A DNA stretch of 64,000 nt, from contig MU053487.1 of the NCBI GenBank assembly GCA_013239625.1, positions 1,695,058 to 1,759,057 on the forward strand. The letters run 5' to 3'. This document shows positions 12,084-25,420 of this stretch, piece after piece. Made by a program: the position numbers and the translations under genes. Source of the DNA: Lama guanicoe. Its lineage: Eukaryota. Every line of letters starts with the position of its first letter. Position 1 is the stretch's first letter. The notes beneath the pieces are model-generated. The model saw only the letters and a program-made list of their open reading frames with translations. It was not told the origin of the DNA and made no database searches.

Positions 12084-13910
12084 AAACTGCAAATGGAAAG
12101 GAATTCAAAAGAATTTAGATTAAAACTTAAAATGTAAGCACGGTAGTGCTGATTCTCCTCAAAGGCTCTCTCTTGATAAGACTGAACCAAATACAGTCCT
12201 AAATATCCCATCTCCTTCCGTACTGGAGATCCTTACCTCTCACCTCCCCAAAATGCACTTGCCTATAAGAAACACGACTCTCGGGCTCTTGTGAAATTTC
12301 AGAAATCAGTGAATAAGGTGCATTGAGCTTTGGAGATACACTATTATGGCCTTTGGTGGAGATTTCTCAACTGGAAAAATTGTCCAGAAATAAATCTGAG
12401 ATGATGGTGAATTTAACTTACTATTATTAATATATTGCTGCATATACTTACACATAGTTTTGCTCCTTACAGCAAGACTATTAAGCTCTAAAAATTCAGA
12501 TTCCAAGAAAACCGTTCTGTGATGAAACAGGAAACCTCACATATTTATTTTTGTTTGCCTTCTAGGCATCGTATTAGCTTTTATAAAAATGGTCTTGCTG
12601 CTGGAATTTTTCCTTATTTTCTCAGAGGCTGAGAGCAGTCAAGACAAAAGTAAAATGATTTATCTGAGCCCAGAGGAGGAAAAATTGATTAAGATGGCAT
12701 TATTTTTGTTGGGCCTTCTTTTGCTTTTTTTCTCCTTACTTTAATTAAAAGACTAAATTCTCCTTGTGGAAACAGAGAGCAGTGAGAGCACTTTCTTTAA
12801 AAGGACCAAAAATAAATTCCTCATAGACTTTGTCCTAGGAGTATTTTTTTCCCCAGCCTCATTTCCTTAACACGCCACCCATGTCGTCAGGCGTGGACAG
12901 GCTAGCTTTCAGTAGCCGTCACTATGTTTCATACACAAGCTTTACTTCACTTGGGCTCTGAGAGACGTGTGGCTTTTGTCGAGCATTTTATGTGTGCTTC
13001 TGTTTTCAGTGGAGATTGAAAAGGGGGGAATAATATGAAATTGCAGCTTATGTTCTTCCACGTTGAGTGATGGCTCATAACGTACTGCACACGATACATG
13101 TTAACTCTGCAGGATGACAGACTCTGGGAGAAGTCATGCCCCCATTGTCCCCCACTCCTAATGCTAGGCAGAGGAGGACAGCTTTTAGAGACTTAATCTG
13201 CTTTTTATCCCATTTGACAAGGTCAGGAGGAAAGTTTTTAAGAACTCATCTGTATCATAGTGCCCGTCCTGGACCTAAGTCTAGCTGCTCCATACAATTG
13301 CTGCAGAGAAATACGAGGCAAACGGGGCTTTGTTTCTGCAGGTTCCAAGCTGAGTAACCAAGACTAGCTTTGTAGGATAGAATTAGAGCTTGCAACCCTC
13401 TCTTTGGACTGGCTGAGGAGTGGTGGGAGCAGGGGGCTGACAGAAAATACCCAGACACACATAAGCAAGTAGCCGTGTTACTTTTTTAGAGAATAACGCA
13501 GCAGACCTTTGGGCTTGTAAGCAATCCCTTCTTTAGGTACCACTGGCACTTCCAAATGTGGGAACTGAATCCCAGGGAACACTGGCAGAAGTATACAGTA
13601 TACGGATTGTACTGCTTCCCCAATGTTTGTATATTCACAGTATTTGGAAAACTGCCTTCATTTTCCTGCGTGGGAAAAACTCTTGCTACCTGTATTACTT
13701 GATCTCAGACCCATAGCTGATGGTTTAGTCTGTCCTTAAGTTAAAGGAATTTTGCTTTTCTAATGTTATACTATTTACCTATCAGTGTATTACTGCAACT
13801 TGAATCATTCTTTTACTGTTGTTGGATATAAACTTATCCTGTACCAATGTATTTATTAACACTTGTATTTTATTATTGAGCATATCAATAAAAATATTAA
13901 AAAATCACAG
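12084..13910 (+). other. ARPP21: 3'UTR of the short ARPP-21/RCS isoform (about 1.8 kb)
   Basis: AU-rich stretch without recognisable repeats after the TGA. It ends in a U-rich/TGTA-rich segment, AATAAA at 13887 and a downstream T/GT-rich element. Confidence 0.75.
13887..13892 (+). terminator. Intronic polyadenylation signal AATAAA of the short isoform
   Basis: Canonical hexamer with several upstream TGTA motifs and downstream ttttgtgtgttcttt. A second AATAAA at 12811 has weaker context. Confidence 0.75.
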
Positions 13911-15791
13911 ATTGCTTTTTACCAACTCTATAGCACTTTTGTGTGTTCTTTCAACACCATAATGTGTAGAAAAGACAGGTATTTTTCTGACTATAGCATC
14001 TGTCAACACATGGTGTGAGTTTGTACTTTTTTCTTTGTGGTAAATGATGTCCATTAGTCTCTGCTCTTGCATTTGTATTTCCAAGCCTCTTTGATTTTAG
14101 ATTCAAATTTACAGAGGCTGGATGGTTCAGTCGGTTTTGAAGAAGCAATGAGACCCCCATGGCTTGGTACCCTCAGTCTCCCCTCCTGATCACCTGGCAA
14201 ATTAATTCTTCTTCACCCTCAGCCAGAAATGGTCCAGCTGTTTCCTTAGCAAGTGGACGCAAATCATAACCCTAAAGTCTGCCTGAATCTTTGCAGACTA
14301 AGACATTTCTGTCCCAAGTCATGTGATAAAAGGCCCTATAATCAAGTTACACTCAGTTTTACATGTTTTGCATTCGTCCACCCCCACGATAAACGTGTGG
14401 ATATCAGGACCAGTTAATATAAATATTTAGTGTGAGGCTGTGTTTTATTTCATCCTCTATATCATGCGTCTTTCCCACCATGGTGACTTTGTATTTCCAG
14501 CCCAAAATACAAAGGGAGTCCCTCCCAAAAAGAAACGTGGCTTTGGAGGACTTTTTCTTTTTGCTTCTTAGATTAGCTAGGTTTACCAAGAACCATTCAG
14601 AACCCCAGATTGGCCATAATTTGAGGGTGCAGAGGCATCAGTTTAGCCACATGTAGAGGAGCATTAATTTAGTTTTTAGTGAGAAACACTATTAGTCATT
14701 GGGAACATTTTTTCCTACATCATAAATGTTAATGTCACTAGTGAAAGAAAGCTTTCCCATCAAATGAGATCTTACATAAGAACCAGTGGGCTTAATGTTA
14801 GCTCATTTGTCATAGTTTTAATCATAGCATAGTTTTTTCATAAAACTGAAAAACATAATTTGGCTCATTCTTCTTCAAAACAGTGAACATACTATCCACC
14901 AAAGGCCTGATCTATGAGTTAATGCAAAATGATCTGTTTTTAGTGCAAAATAAATAAGTAGAAAAGTGGATCCAGTCCCAATACTGTAAATGGTCAACCA
15001 AGCATCAGTTCAAGAGAATCTTACATTTTGAAAGAATTAACCGATACCGGAATTTAAATAATATTAAATATTTATATACTGTTGATGGAAAATACAGTTC
15101 TATTTTCTACCTTTTCTAAAAGACAGTGCTAATTGTAACTATAAATTATGGTGATTTATTAATAGCATTTTAAAACAGTGTGTGATAATAATTCATACCC
15201 AGGATTCCTGCAATTACATATCTTGGTTTTCCATAGTGATAGAAATCATTGTTCATGTAGTTCTAAAACAGAATTTTAATTGTAAATTGGCTGATATGGC
15301 CTCTCTTTATGTCTGTTCTATCTGTAATTACGATTCGTAATATGTCTGTCTGTGTTTATGCCAATTTCTCCTTACAAGGAATTACAGAAAACAATTGCAG
15401 AAGCCTCTTTTTAAAAAATTTTTAAGACATGACAGTAGCTGTGATACAAGCTTATTGATGATCAAGAAATTTTTTTCCTAGGTGTTTAAAAGTAAACCTG
15501 TAGAGAAAGTAAGAGTTGTGATCTACGGGGATTTAACTTGCTTAAGGTTAATATTCATGAGGCAAAGTTTTAGTGCCAGATATTTCTCATGACCTTCCAT
15601 TGACTTCCGAAGTTTAATTCACCTTAAAGGGCAATTATTTTTCTGACAGGTTTAATTTTTTAAATTTAAGGGAAAAAAACAAACCTGCACCTGGCTTTCA
15701 TTTTCCTGTTCTAAATCATCTCCATACAAAATGGAAACCAGACAGAGATTCTTAAATCCATCCCTAAATTATTATATTTTTTCCCCAACAG

Positions 15792-15936
15792 GATTCAATT
15801 CATTTACAGCTTTCCAGTTTTCCCAGCCTGCAAGAGGATGATAAATCTAGGAAAGATGACTCTGAAAGAGAAAAAGAAAAGGATAAACACAAAGATAAAA
15901 CCTCTGAAAAACCCAAGATCAGAATGTTATCAAAAG
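15792..15936 (+). CDS. ARPP21: ARPP21 long-isoform coding exon 4: DSIHLQLSSFPSLQEDDKSRKDDSEREKEKDKHKDKTSEKPKIRMLSK
   Basis: ttccccaacag acceptor, AAG|gtgact donor, 145 nt, phase 0/1. Confidence 0.95.
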
Positions 15937-17086
15937 GTGACTGTGAAAATGTTTCCTTAACTTACTCAATTTGGACACACAGATAATTACAGTGATACAT
16001 TCCAGGTTTTACACGCATATTCACCTCCCACCAAACTCTGCGTGTAATTTTATATGTGGACGTGTGTGTGTGTGTAAAAAGTAATGTGAACTTGATTGTT
16101 TCTTTTCTGTTCGTAGTGTCATTTTTGTGTATTGACAAAGGTTATCTTTAGGATCGCATATTTCTTTGGATATTCATTTGGAGCACCTATTTTCAATGAG
16201 AAGTTTGTACAATGGAGTAGTATAAATCTGCTCTTAATTCCAGTTTATGAGTCTAACTAACTTGAATTGATGAACAGTAATGATACCCAGTTTTATATCT
16301 TAACTTTCATGCCTACCTTAAAAGATGGGTAGTGGATTAGCAATTCTCAATCAAGAAGTGATGTTGTCCCAAAGCACGGATCAATGGAATACATGATTAC
16401 TATTTTATCTGGAACAGATGGATTTGGTCTCTGCAATCTGTATGTTGCCCCATAATGCCTCATTTAAAATATACGCACTTCTACTTCAATGAAAGGTCTT
16501 CCCCTAAGTCCTTCTTTCTAAAACCCCAAACTTATAATCCAGACTTTTCGAATTGCCTTACATATAATTGTACAAAACTAAAAGAAAACAAAAGTAAAAA
16601 CAAAACTAAGTTGAAATGAATTTCATGAATTAATAGCTTTGCAGTAGACTATTTTTTTTCTAAATAACAGAAAGACTAGGGCATCTGATCAGCTGAGAAA
16701 TGACAAGTTCTTCTAAGGTTATGCTCTGTAACCATGTACCTGCTTATAATGATTGTCTCTGCTGCTGAATATCTAAAATCAAGGTGTATCCAAGAGTAAA
16801 GAACTACGGTTCCTAAAATGGCTTTAGAAAGTAAGCTTTTAGCCAGCATCAGAAGGTTTGAAAGACTTGGAAATATTCAGTGCCCTCCCATACTTTGTAA
16901 CGATGAATATTTAGATAGTCTTGTAACAGAACTTTCAGTTTTTGCCTTCTGGGTTTTAAGAAAGAGGGTTCCATGGGATCTCAAACTCTTAAGAGCTCTC
17001 TCTGTGGGCTGGGAGTACATCTCCCTGTCATAGGAAGGTCGTGACCTTGCTGACTGACAGCACAGAATGAACATGTGGCATTTGAG

Positions 17087-17110
17087 CCCACCCACCCACC
17101 CACCCACCCA
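17087..17110. repeat. (CCCA)6 tetranucleotide repeat
   Basis: Read directly. Confidence 0.95.
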
Positions 17111-17277
17111 GCCTGTGCCCACTTCCTCTCCTTTGACAGTTGGATCTTTGCACACTCGGAATCAACTAGGTGTTCTCTGTCCCTGAATCTAATTTTCATT
17201 CTGATGTAATGTTGCCAGGTTGCCAGTTTTGTAACATGTATCTTTGACACCAGTAGCTTCCCCTAAAATTTACCTGA

Positions 17278-17430
<153 letters not shown>

Positions 17431-18071
17431 TAAATTATTAAATAAACCTCTTATGTTTAGAAAAGTCAAGTAGAATATCACAGTTAAAGTCATTAATCGA
17501 AATACTTCTAAGAAGACAGTTGTAAAATGCAGGCACCTTCTCTGATGTCTTAAACTATGTTTTGTATTTTCTTTTCTGCTAATAATTTGCATGTTTACTG
17601 TTTATAGATAGTCTTAATTCCTGGGTGCTTATCCAGTGAATAAATTATCATTTACAAGTTTTGCTTTCCTGGTCACAAAGAGATACTGATGAAGAGGGAA
17701 AATAGAGAATAAGAATCAATGTCAAATAAACCAGTTATGCTTCAAAGCAGTTCTAAGACCATCCACTTGGGCTTGGCTTTGTTGCAGTTTCTTACTAATT
17801 CTTACTAATTCCAAATACAAAATTTACTTGATGTGTTTTATGGAGCATGTCTTTATTAACATTAAAAGCTACAAAAGTTTCAATATTACAAAATACTTCA
17901 CAAATGCGATGAGAAGTAATCTTAAACAGCATGTTCCATATGAGAAGAGTTAGATACTGACTTATAGCCACACACATGTAAAGCATCTTTTCCATACACA
18001 TAAATGAACTTGTTAAGTCTTTGGGAACGGAAAGTACATAAAACCTTTTCATTTTAACATTTATTTTGCAG

Positions 18072-18131
18072 AGACAGGATGATACTCTTGAAAATGGAGC
18101 AGGAAATTATTGATTTCATTGGTGACAACAA
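18072..18131 (+). CDS. ARPP21: ARPP21 coding exon 6: DRMILLKMEQEIIDFIGDN(N), start of the R3H domain
   Basis: ttttgcag acceptor, CAA|gtacgt donor, 60 nt, phase 2/2. Confidence 0.95.
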
Positions 18132-18665
18132 GTACGTTAAATTGCAATGCTGGTTAATTAATCTGATGTGTCTTGGTTTGGTATTTGGATTCAGTTACTC
18201 ATTCTGGAAAGACTTAGGAATAGATAAGACATTATTTAATATGTTTGCTGACTTGTTAAATAGAGGTGCTATTAGAGGTAGGAGCTATGTGCTGATGGGA
18301 GTTGTTGCTTAGACCATGTGTGCTCTTGCTTGTTAAATTCCTGATAAAATGGCTATAAACAGGGGCCCCTGATTAGCATAGAGTAGCAGTAACAAGAAGC
18401 GACCCTTTTCATTTTATTGTAGTTTTATAATGCGCTCCAGCTGGCTGTAGTCAGTTATGTCTGGAAATCATCGAGCTGCTTTCAGTGTAAACCTTGTCAT
18501 GACACATGTCCAGATAGGCATCTGCAGTCCCACATTATGGCATATCATTTGTCCTGTTCCTGGCTCCGCTGATAATGTATCCTGCACTAAAACAGAACAC
18601 TTTCCAGTAGACATGAAGTTTTCAGTGATCTGAGAGATGTGCAGCTGTGAAACAAAACCACGTAA

Positions 18666-18989
<324 letters not shown>

Positions 18990-19404
18990 TAAGCCCCTTC
19001 ACTGTATTTACTTAGCATTTTCTTTTTCTCTTGTGGATTCATTTATAAGAGCACAGTATAAAATTCAAGGTACAATGGCATTTAGAATGTGCAGTGTTAT
19101 TTATCTCTTGCTCTTATCAGTAGTCATGTGGCATTTATCTTTGGAGAATTATCTGAGGTTGATACAATTTAGGCAACAAAGTGTATTTATTCCCAGATCT
19201 TTTACACAGCTCCTGAAGCACAGTTCTCTTTCTTCCTCAGTGATCTGTGTGCTTACGTACAAAACATGGAACGCTTTATGTCAAATTAAAAATAACAGAC
19301 ATTTTAAAGGCAACAATGACATATACAGGACAATTGTCCTTTTCTTTCTTTTTCTGGTTTATAGACATCTGTCTTATTGTGGCTTCTAGAGTAACAAAAA
19401 ACTG

Positions 19405-19560
19405 CAAACCTAGGGACAGAAGTCCTGCTTCTAAGACCCAGAGCTTGCACTCATTAGCTGTGTGACTTGCAGCAAGTCTTTTGAAATTTACTATCTCAGT
19501 TTTTCTCACCTGTAAAATGAGAGCTTTTGAGTGCATAATATCTAAGTTCTAGCTCTAAAA
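19405..19560 (+). mobile_element. MIR SINE fragment
   Basis: MIR core-like: cattagctgtgtgacttg..caagtc..tctcagttttctcacctgtaaaatgag. Confidence 0.7.
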
Positions 19561-20701
19561 GGCAGATGGTTGTTTGGTTTTGCTCCTTTCAATAACTGTT
19601 TGCTTCTAGCTCAGAGTCTTTTCATGGTCCCACTGAGTCACAAAAAGTGTAAGATGAGTAATCATTTGCTTTGGAAATTTGAAACCGTGTCTCTTGACCC
19701 CCTGTAACTTTTAAGTACTATGCAAACCACTTTTATAGCACAATACACATTAAACTGAAAAACTGTCCCTATATAAAAGCATTCTCATAAAACATCTGTG
19801 TGTTATAATTTCCTTTTTACAGTGTTTGGTAAATTGTGTAAGTTGCATGGTTTTAGGAATGCGGTGGCAGTGAAGGGAACTTTTGTGTCAAGCATGGCAG
19901 CACGGTTAAAACATTCGCTGCTCATTGGATGTTGGGGCTAGTAGGGATGGAGGGATGGCTCTTCCTCTACTCAAGGCTCAGTCTGTGTTCAGCAGAACGA
20001 GCGTGAAGGTCACAATGGAGAGAACTCAAGCTGGGAGATCTGGGACTGAGGTTGGCTATTATCTCAGGGACACTGAGCTCTTCACTTCTCTGGGCTTCAA
20101 ATTACTTATCTATCTGCGGGAGATTTTGGAATGGATAATGTGCAAAGGCCCTTGAAGCTTCTGAATTACTGGTTCTTGTGGTTGCTTTCTACTGTGCTGA
20201 CGAAATGCATCTTAAAGTTTATCAGCTTTCCACTTCATCTGATTGTTGGCCCATGTGCTCCTGTTTTGAACAGTAGTAGGAAGGAGAGGTCACTGCCCTT
20301 TAATCCTTCACGTCTTCACTCCCCATCAGTTACCGCCAGTTGCTGCTGCTGTTGCTGCTGTTGGTTTTTGCTCTCCACTCTGGTTTGTCTTCTGACTTTC
20401 AGATTCCATGATGAGGGGACACACTGATTGCAAACTAGGCAGGCAACTGACTGTGTCCTTTTAATTTCTCCTTTTTCTGTGTGAGACCGTAACGACGTGG
20501 AAAATCCCATAGATCAAGTAGATCGATACGGTTTCAACTAGTAGAGATAGTGCGTTCACTTTTAATTCACACTGGCTTTGCAATCACAGAGTCATAAGTG
20601 TCAGTACGTGTGTTTGAGACCTGTTTCCTTGTAGGACAGTTTTTGAGAAAATTAAGCATTGTATAAAGATTCTTGATAAACTGAGTAATGGCTTTAAATT
20701 T

Positions 20702-20870
20702 GCTCTGTTTAATATAGTGGTCACTAGTTACATGTGGTTGTTTGCATTTTAATTTAATTAAATTTAAATCCAACTTAAGCTTTAAGATTCACTTCCTTAG
20801 TCAGGCTAGCGACATTTCAAGTTCACGTATTAGAGCATGTATGGAACCTTCCATTATTTCAGATGAGCTC
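20702..20870. mobile_element. MER3/MER33-like hAT-Charlie DNA transposon relic
   Basis: aatatagtggtcactagttacatgtgg...aatttaattaaatttaaa...ttccttagtcaggctagcgacatttcaag resembles the MER3 consensus as recalled. Confidence 0.65.
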
Positions 20871-23205
20871 TTCCTGAAGTCCTTGTGATTCTTGCAGGCT
20901 CCTAACTACCACATCATTTGTCCCTTAAGCCTTTTCTTTTCTAGCTAATAAACATCATACATTATCATCTTATTAGACTTCTTCACTTTAAAAAAAGCAC
21001 TAGTTTTTTGTTTGTTTCTTTGTTTGTAATGGCCAGTTTCCAACAGACCCCGCGTGCTTCTACCTTCAGGAGGAGAGAGCAGGTGCAGGGAACTCCTTCA
21101 GGTGTGGTTGCGACAGCACAGTGCCTGGACTGGTTCTGTCTCTGCCTAGTTCCTGCTCTTGCCTTTCACCCTTTAGCCCCCACCACACAAGTCAGATTAT
21201 TCCCTAAACAAAAGGCCAAATGACTGTCTGTCATGGACAATCAAGGTATTTCCCAAAGAGTTAAGCTTAACGCTTCTTAATCCACAGCCATCAAGTCCTA
21301 CTGTTCCATTCCAGCCACCTTTCTGACCGTCCTCGGATTTCAGTCGCTCTTGCTGGGGGTCGGGATGGAGGTGGGGGAGGCTGATGTCTTTTAGAATAAG
21401 AGAAAAGGATGAGTTGTGTCCTTTTACAAATAGTAGCAAGTCAGATTTTCAGAACCTGAATCACTTTGGGCAGTTTTAGCAAAGGAGAAATGTTGTTCTT
21501 TGGAAAGGCGTACGTTTGATTTCTCAGTCTGTCACCACGTTCTTGCGGAGTCAAAGTTCCAAATGGAACTTCTGTTCGAGTTCTAGCTGTCTTGTGTTTC
21601 TCTGATCTCTGAAAATGTCAAGAGTTGTGCTGTCGGGGCAGTTGGTGTGTGATGGTAGTGGGCACCGGATTGCGTTAGGTGTCTTATTAGGTAACAGTGT
21701 TGCCATTTATATGGAGGAGGGAAGCTGAGATGGAAGTTCCTCGGACGGCGCCTTGTGGGTTTTGTGTTTTGGGAACACCTTTTCCACGTATGCAGTTTTA
21801 TGCTGCTGCAAAGCAAACATATGAAAAATACGTATTTTACATGGCACTGTAGCTCAGAGAAATGCAGGAAAATGTGGATGGTGGATGCAAAGATGAACTG
21901 AAGGGCTGGGGGAGAGAAAGTGCTTTCTTATTTAATTTTTAATTTTTATTTTTTCACTGACACTGTGTTGGCATATCAGGTGTTCCTCTGACGTGGATGC
22001 AGGTCAGCTACGTATTGGCTGGGAGTTATTTGCAGAATCCCCCTTTTTTCTAGATTACAGGCTAATTATGGAATGTGACTTGAAAATAGTGTTTTGCATG
22101 AAGAGAAAATATTTAAGTCGTGACAGCAGACATTGAGGATTACGTATACACATGTGTGTCCACTATATGTCCAGTATATTCTCTAATATTCTCAGATATA
22201 CTGCATCTGTCCTCTCATGATGAAGAAAAAATTGTCTCAGGACACAATTTTCAGTGAGTAAAGTGATAGAATCTCTTATAATAGCATTACCCACTGTTTT
22301 TCATTGCACTGGCTACTTTACCTCTTATTTAATGTGTATTATTTCATTTAATTTTAAAAACATATTTATAGCCTAAGTTATTAGAGCCTCATTTTACAGA
22401 TAGGAAATAAATCACAAACTCAGGTTCAATTTTGGACTCACAGAGGAGCAACGGCTTGGATCTAAACCAGTGTGTCTAATGCCAAGAACAATTTTCTTAA
22501 ATAATCTTAACTCTCTTTAAAGCAAAAACATCCAGAACATCTTGAGCAGAATCCTCAAGGTTTCCTGAATTGGTTGGGAATTTCAACTCTTTTAAGTCGT
22601 TTGCTGTCTGATAAGAAACAATAAATCAGAGAAGATCTTTTTTTGAAGATTAGCTCAGTTATATCAGTCAAGAAGAGATACTTCCTACAATACAGGCATT
22701 CTCGCAAGATTTGCTGCATTTATCACTGCTACAAGGTGTGATTTGGGGGATGGGGAGATGCAGTATTTGGGAGGGGGTGATATCCCTTCAATTTAAACTC
22801 CTATACTACATTTCAATCCAGGTGGGGTTTTTTTGTTTTGTTTTACAATAATGAAAAAGCTACAGTTTTGGATAATGTCCATGCAGGAGATGAACCTATC
22901 CATTGTGTTGTTACAGAATTACTGCTACAATTACAATTGAATTGTCCAAATCCATCTTTTCATGTCATAGCCACAAGAGCATGGGGTTAAGGATGTAGCA
23001 GTGCAGAAGAGTAGGAAATAATGATTACATTCACATGGGATACACTCATCCACGTGAACTGATGCTGTTTAGAGAATTAGCAGAGGAAAGTTCCTTTACC
23101 TTCCCACCGCTGCATCCTTGTTTCTCAGAGCCAGCCGGGGGCAGAACCTGGGAGCGTATGTGACCTGCAGCCACTCAGCACACCTTTGGTCCACAAATTG
23201 GGTCC

Positions 23206-23340
23206 TTTTTTTTTTTTTTTTTCGTAGAGGGGAGGGATATTAGATTTCTTAATTTATTTTAATGGCGGTCCTAGGGACTGAACCCAGGACCTCATGCATG
23301 CTCAGCAAGTGCTCTACCCCTGAGCTACACCCTGCCCCCT
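23206..23340 (-). mobile_element. tRNA-derived SINE (vic-1-like)
   Basis: Poly-T tail, gggactgaacccaggacctc...tgctctacccctgagctacacc. Imperfect TSD caaattgggtc / caaattgagtc. Confidence 0.85.
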
Positions 23341-25375
23341 GCAAATTGAGTCTTCATGGTTGGGGATGCCTCTCCTTAGAACTTACTGCCTTTTTTGTTG
23401 TTGAAATAATGAATAGGGGTTTTGAGCTGAGGTTAACCATCTTGTGTTGTTTCAGTGTTTTGGGGCTCTCTCTCCCATGTTTATTGCCCGAAATGTCTTT
23501 CACTCCCTAGCACTTGTAAATTTTTTCTATGGGAACTCTTTGTTAACTGTCAAATTTAGGAGGCAACACCAAAGGAACCCCTTGGAAATCTTGGGCAGAG
23601 GTATTAGGGTCTGTGCAGTTTGGTACTATAAGAGATATTTATAATGTAGTTAGGCTCTATATTGTTACTTTTTGATATTTAGAATTGAAGCTAAAAGACA
23701 CTGATGTTTAAAAACATAATGCAATGCTACAAATATATGGGTCTCTTTTTATATGAGAAGTTTTGTCCTTCTCTTTCTCTTTCTGATCTTCACCTTCTCG
23801 CTTTTCCTTATTTGTCTGTGTGTTTAGCCCAAAGCAGCTCATTGTTCTTTCATCAGGTAATTTTTACACCTCCTCTCCTTTTCTCCCTCCTGGAGATACA
23901 TGGTACATGCTCATGGTGTATCATTTTGGGACTAGAAACCATCTATTTGCACTAGTGTTTTCCAAAGGGCCATGATCAGTCACAGGCAGAGAGAGCCCCA
24001 CGTGTATCTGAACATCTTTGCATATGTCAGAGTAACTATTAGTTTCAGATAATTTGCATGTTACAACATTGTCATCTCTTGAATATTTTTTTCTTTTGTC
24101 TTTCACATCCTCCCACTGTCATTGCCTCAAATCCCCTATTCTAAGAGCACAGAGCAAGGAAAGGAAATGGCAAATCCACTGGGGAGAGAGGTTATGAGCC
24201 CTGGTAACCGTGAAGCAAGAATAGTGGCTTAAAGACAGAGATCTAGGGTGACAACTTAGAGTCAAAGTGCTCAAGAGTACAACAGCCAATTCCTGAGAAG
24301 GTGGACCTGGGCGTCTGCCTGGAGAGTTGAGTGTTGTGTAGTGACTGCGGCAGTTGGCCTGTTTGTTTCAGAAAGGAGGATTCACGGAGCTGGCTACCTG
24401 GTGGTGCTAGTGTTCTAGCACTGAATGAAGCTTCTGTCTCGGTGCTGCAGTGAGGCCAGTTGACTTTGCTAAGAATCCCTGAGGTGTTGGATAACGACTG
24501 CCCCAGATGCCGTCTCCTCACTGCTCAGCGGGCAGACCAGGGAGGAGCAGCCGGCAGTGCATCAGTCAGTGGACATCTGTTCTGCTTAGTTTCCTGAAGG
24601 GGCTGAGGTTTAACATGGGAGTCATCAAGTTCTTGATCCCTAAGCATTTCCCTCCCTGCAGGTGATTAATTGCACTTATACCAAAACAAACAAACAAAAA
24701 AACCCCAGGCTTTTCCTCCCACATCTGGTATCTTTCTGTTCCTTTGGCTGGGCACGTGAGTAGCACCGTGAATAAACTGAGCCATGTCCTGGTATGGGTG
24801 CTTGCTTAATAATCCTCTAAGAGGACTGAGCATCAATTTATTTAAGTGCCTCTTGGAAATCTATGAGTGGTTGGTTGGCATCCTGTCATTTCTAAACAGG
24901 GTGAATTTCCTCTGCACTTTGTGTAGGAATAGGGTTGAAAATGATCTGACTTAAAGCCAGAGGTCAGAAACCCAAGAATCTCGTTACTCTCAGGAAAACC
25001 TGGATGTTTTATTTACTGAACAGACAGCCTAGTTTCTTCAACAGTGCTCCAGCTCAAAGTGAAGACTTACTTATTAACCTTGGCCAGACTCTGTATCATT
25101 TTTCTCAAATACTTTTTTCATGTTATTATTCTTAAATACCTCCAAGAACATAATATTCTGTAGGTGAGACAGACATAGATTGTGAGGAGAGAAAATAAGT
25201 GTTTCATGCTCCTTTCACAACTTGAAATTATTTATGGGCCTTTGAGTGTTAAACATATAACATACTGTTTAGTTCTAGAAATGAACCATACATACAGCTT
25301 CTGTTAAATTAATATCCTTAATATACTTTTGTTTTTAAAAAGAGCTTTTCCATACAGTAATTAGCACTTTCAAAA

Positions 25376-25420
25376 TATTTATTTATTTATTTATTTATTT
25401 ACTTACTTACTTACTTATTT
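25376..25420. repeat. Compound (ATTT)n(ACTT)n microsatellite
   Basis: Read directly. Confidence 0.9.

Noticed and set aside
20341..20362. Interrupted CTG repeat giving poly-C or poly-Q in short ORFs
   Set aside because: Short intronic trinucleotide repeat with no supported exon around it.
21554..21571. Short palindromes such as AAGTTCCA-aa-TGGAACTT and CTCAGTGG...CCACTGAG (about 61027)
   Set aside because: Stems of 8 bp are expected by chance in 64 kb.
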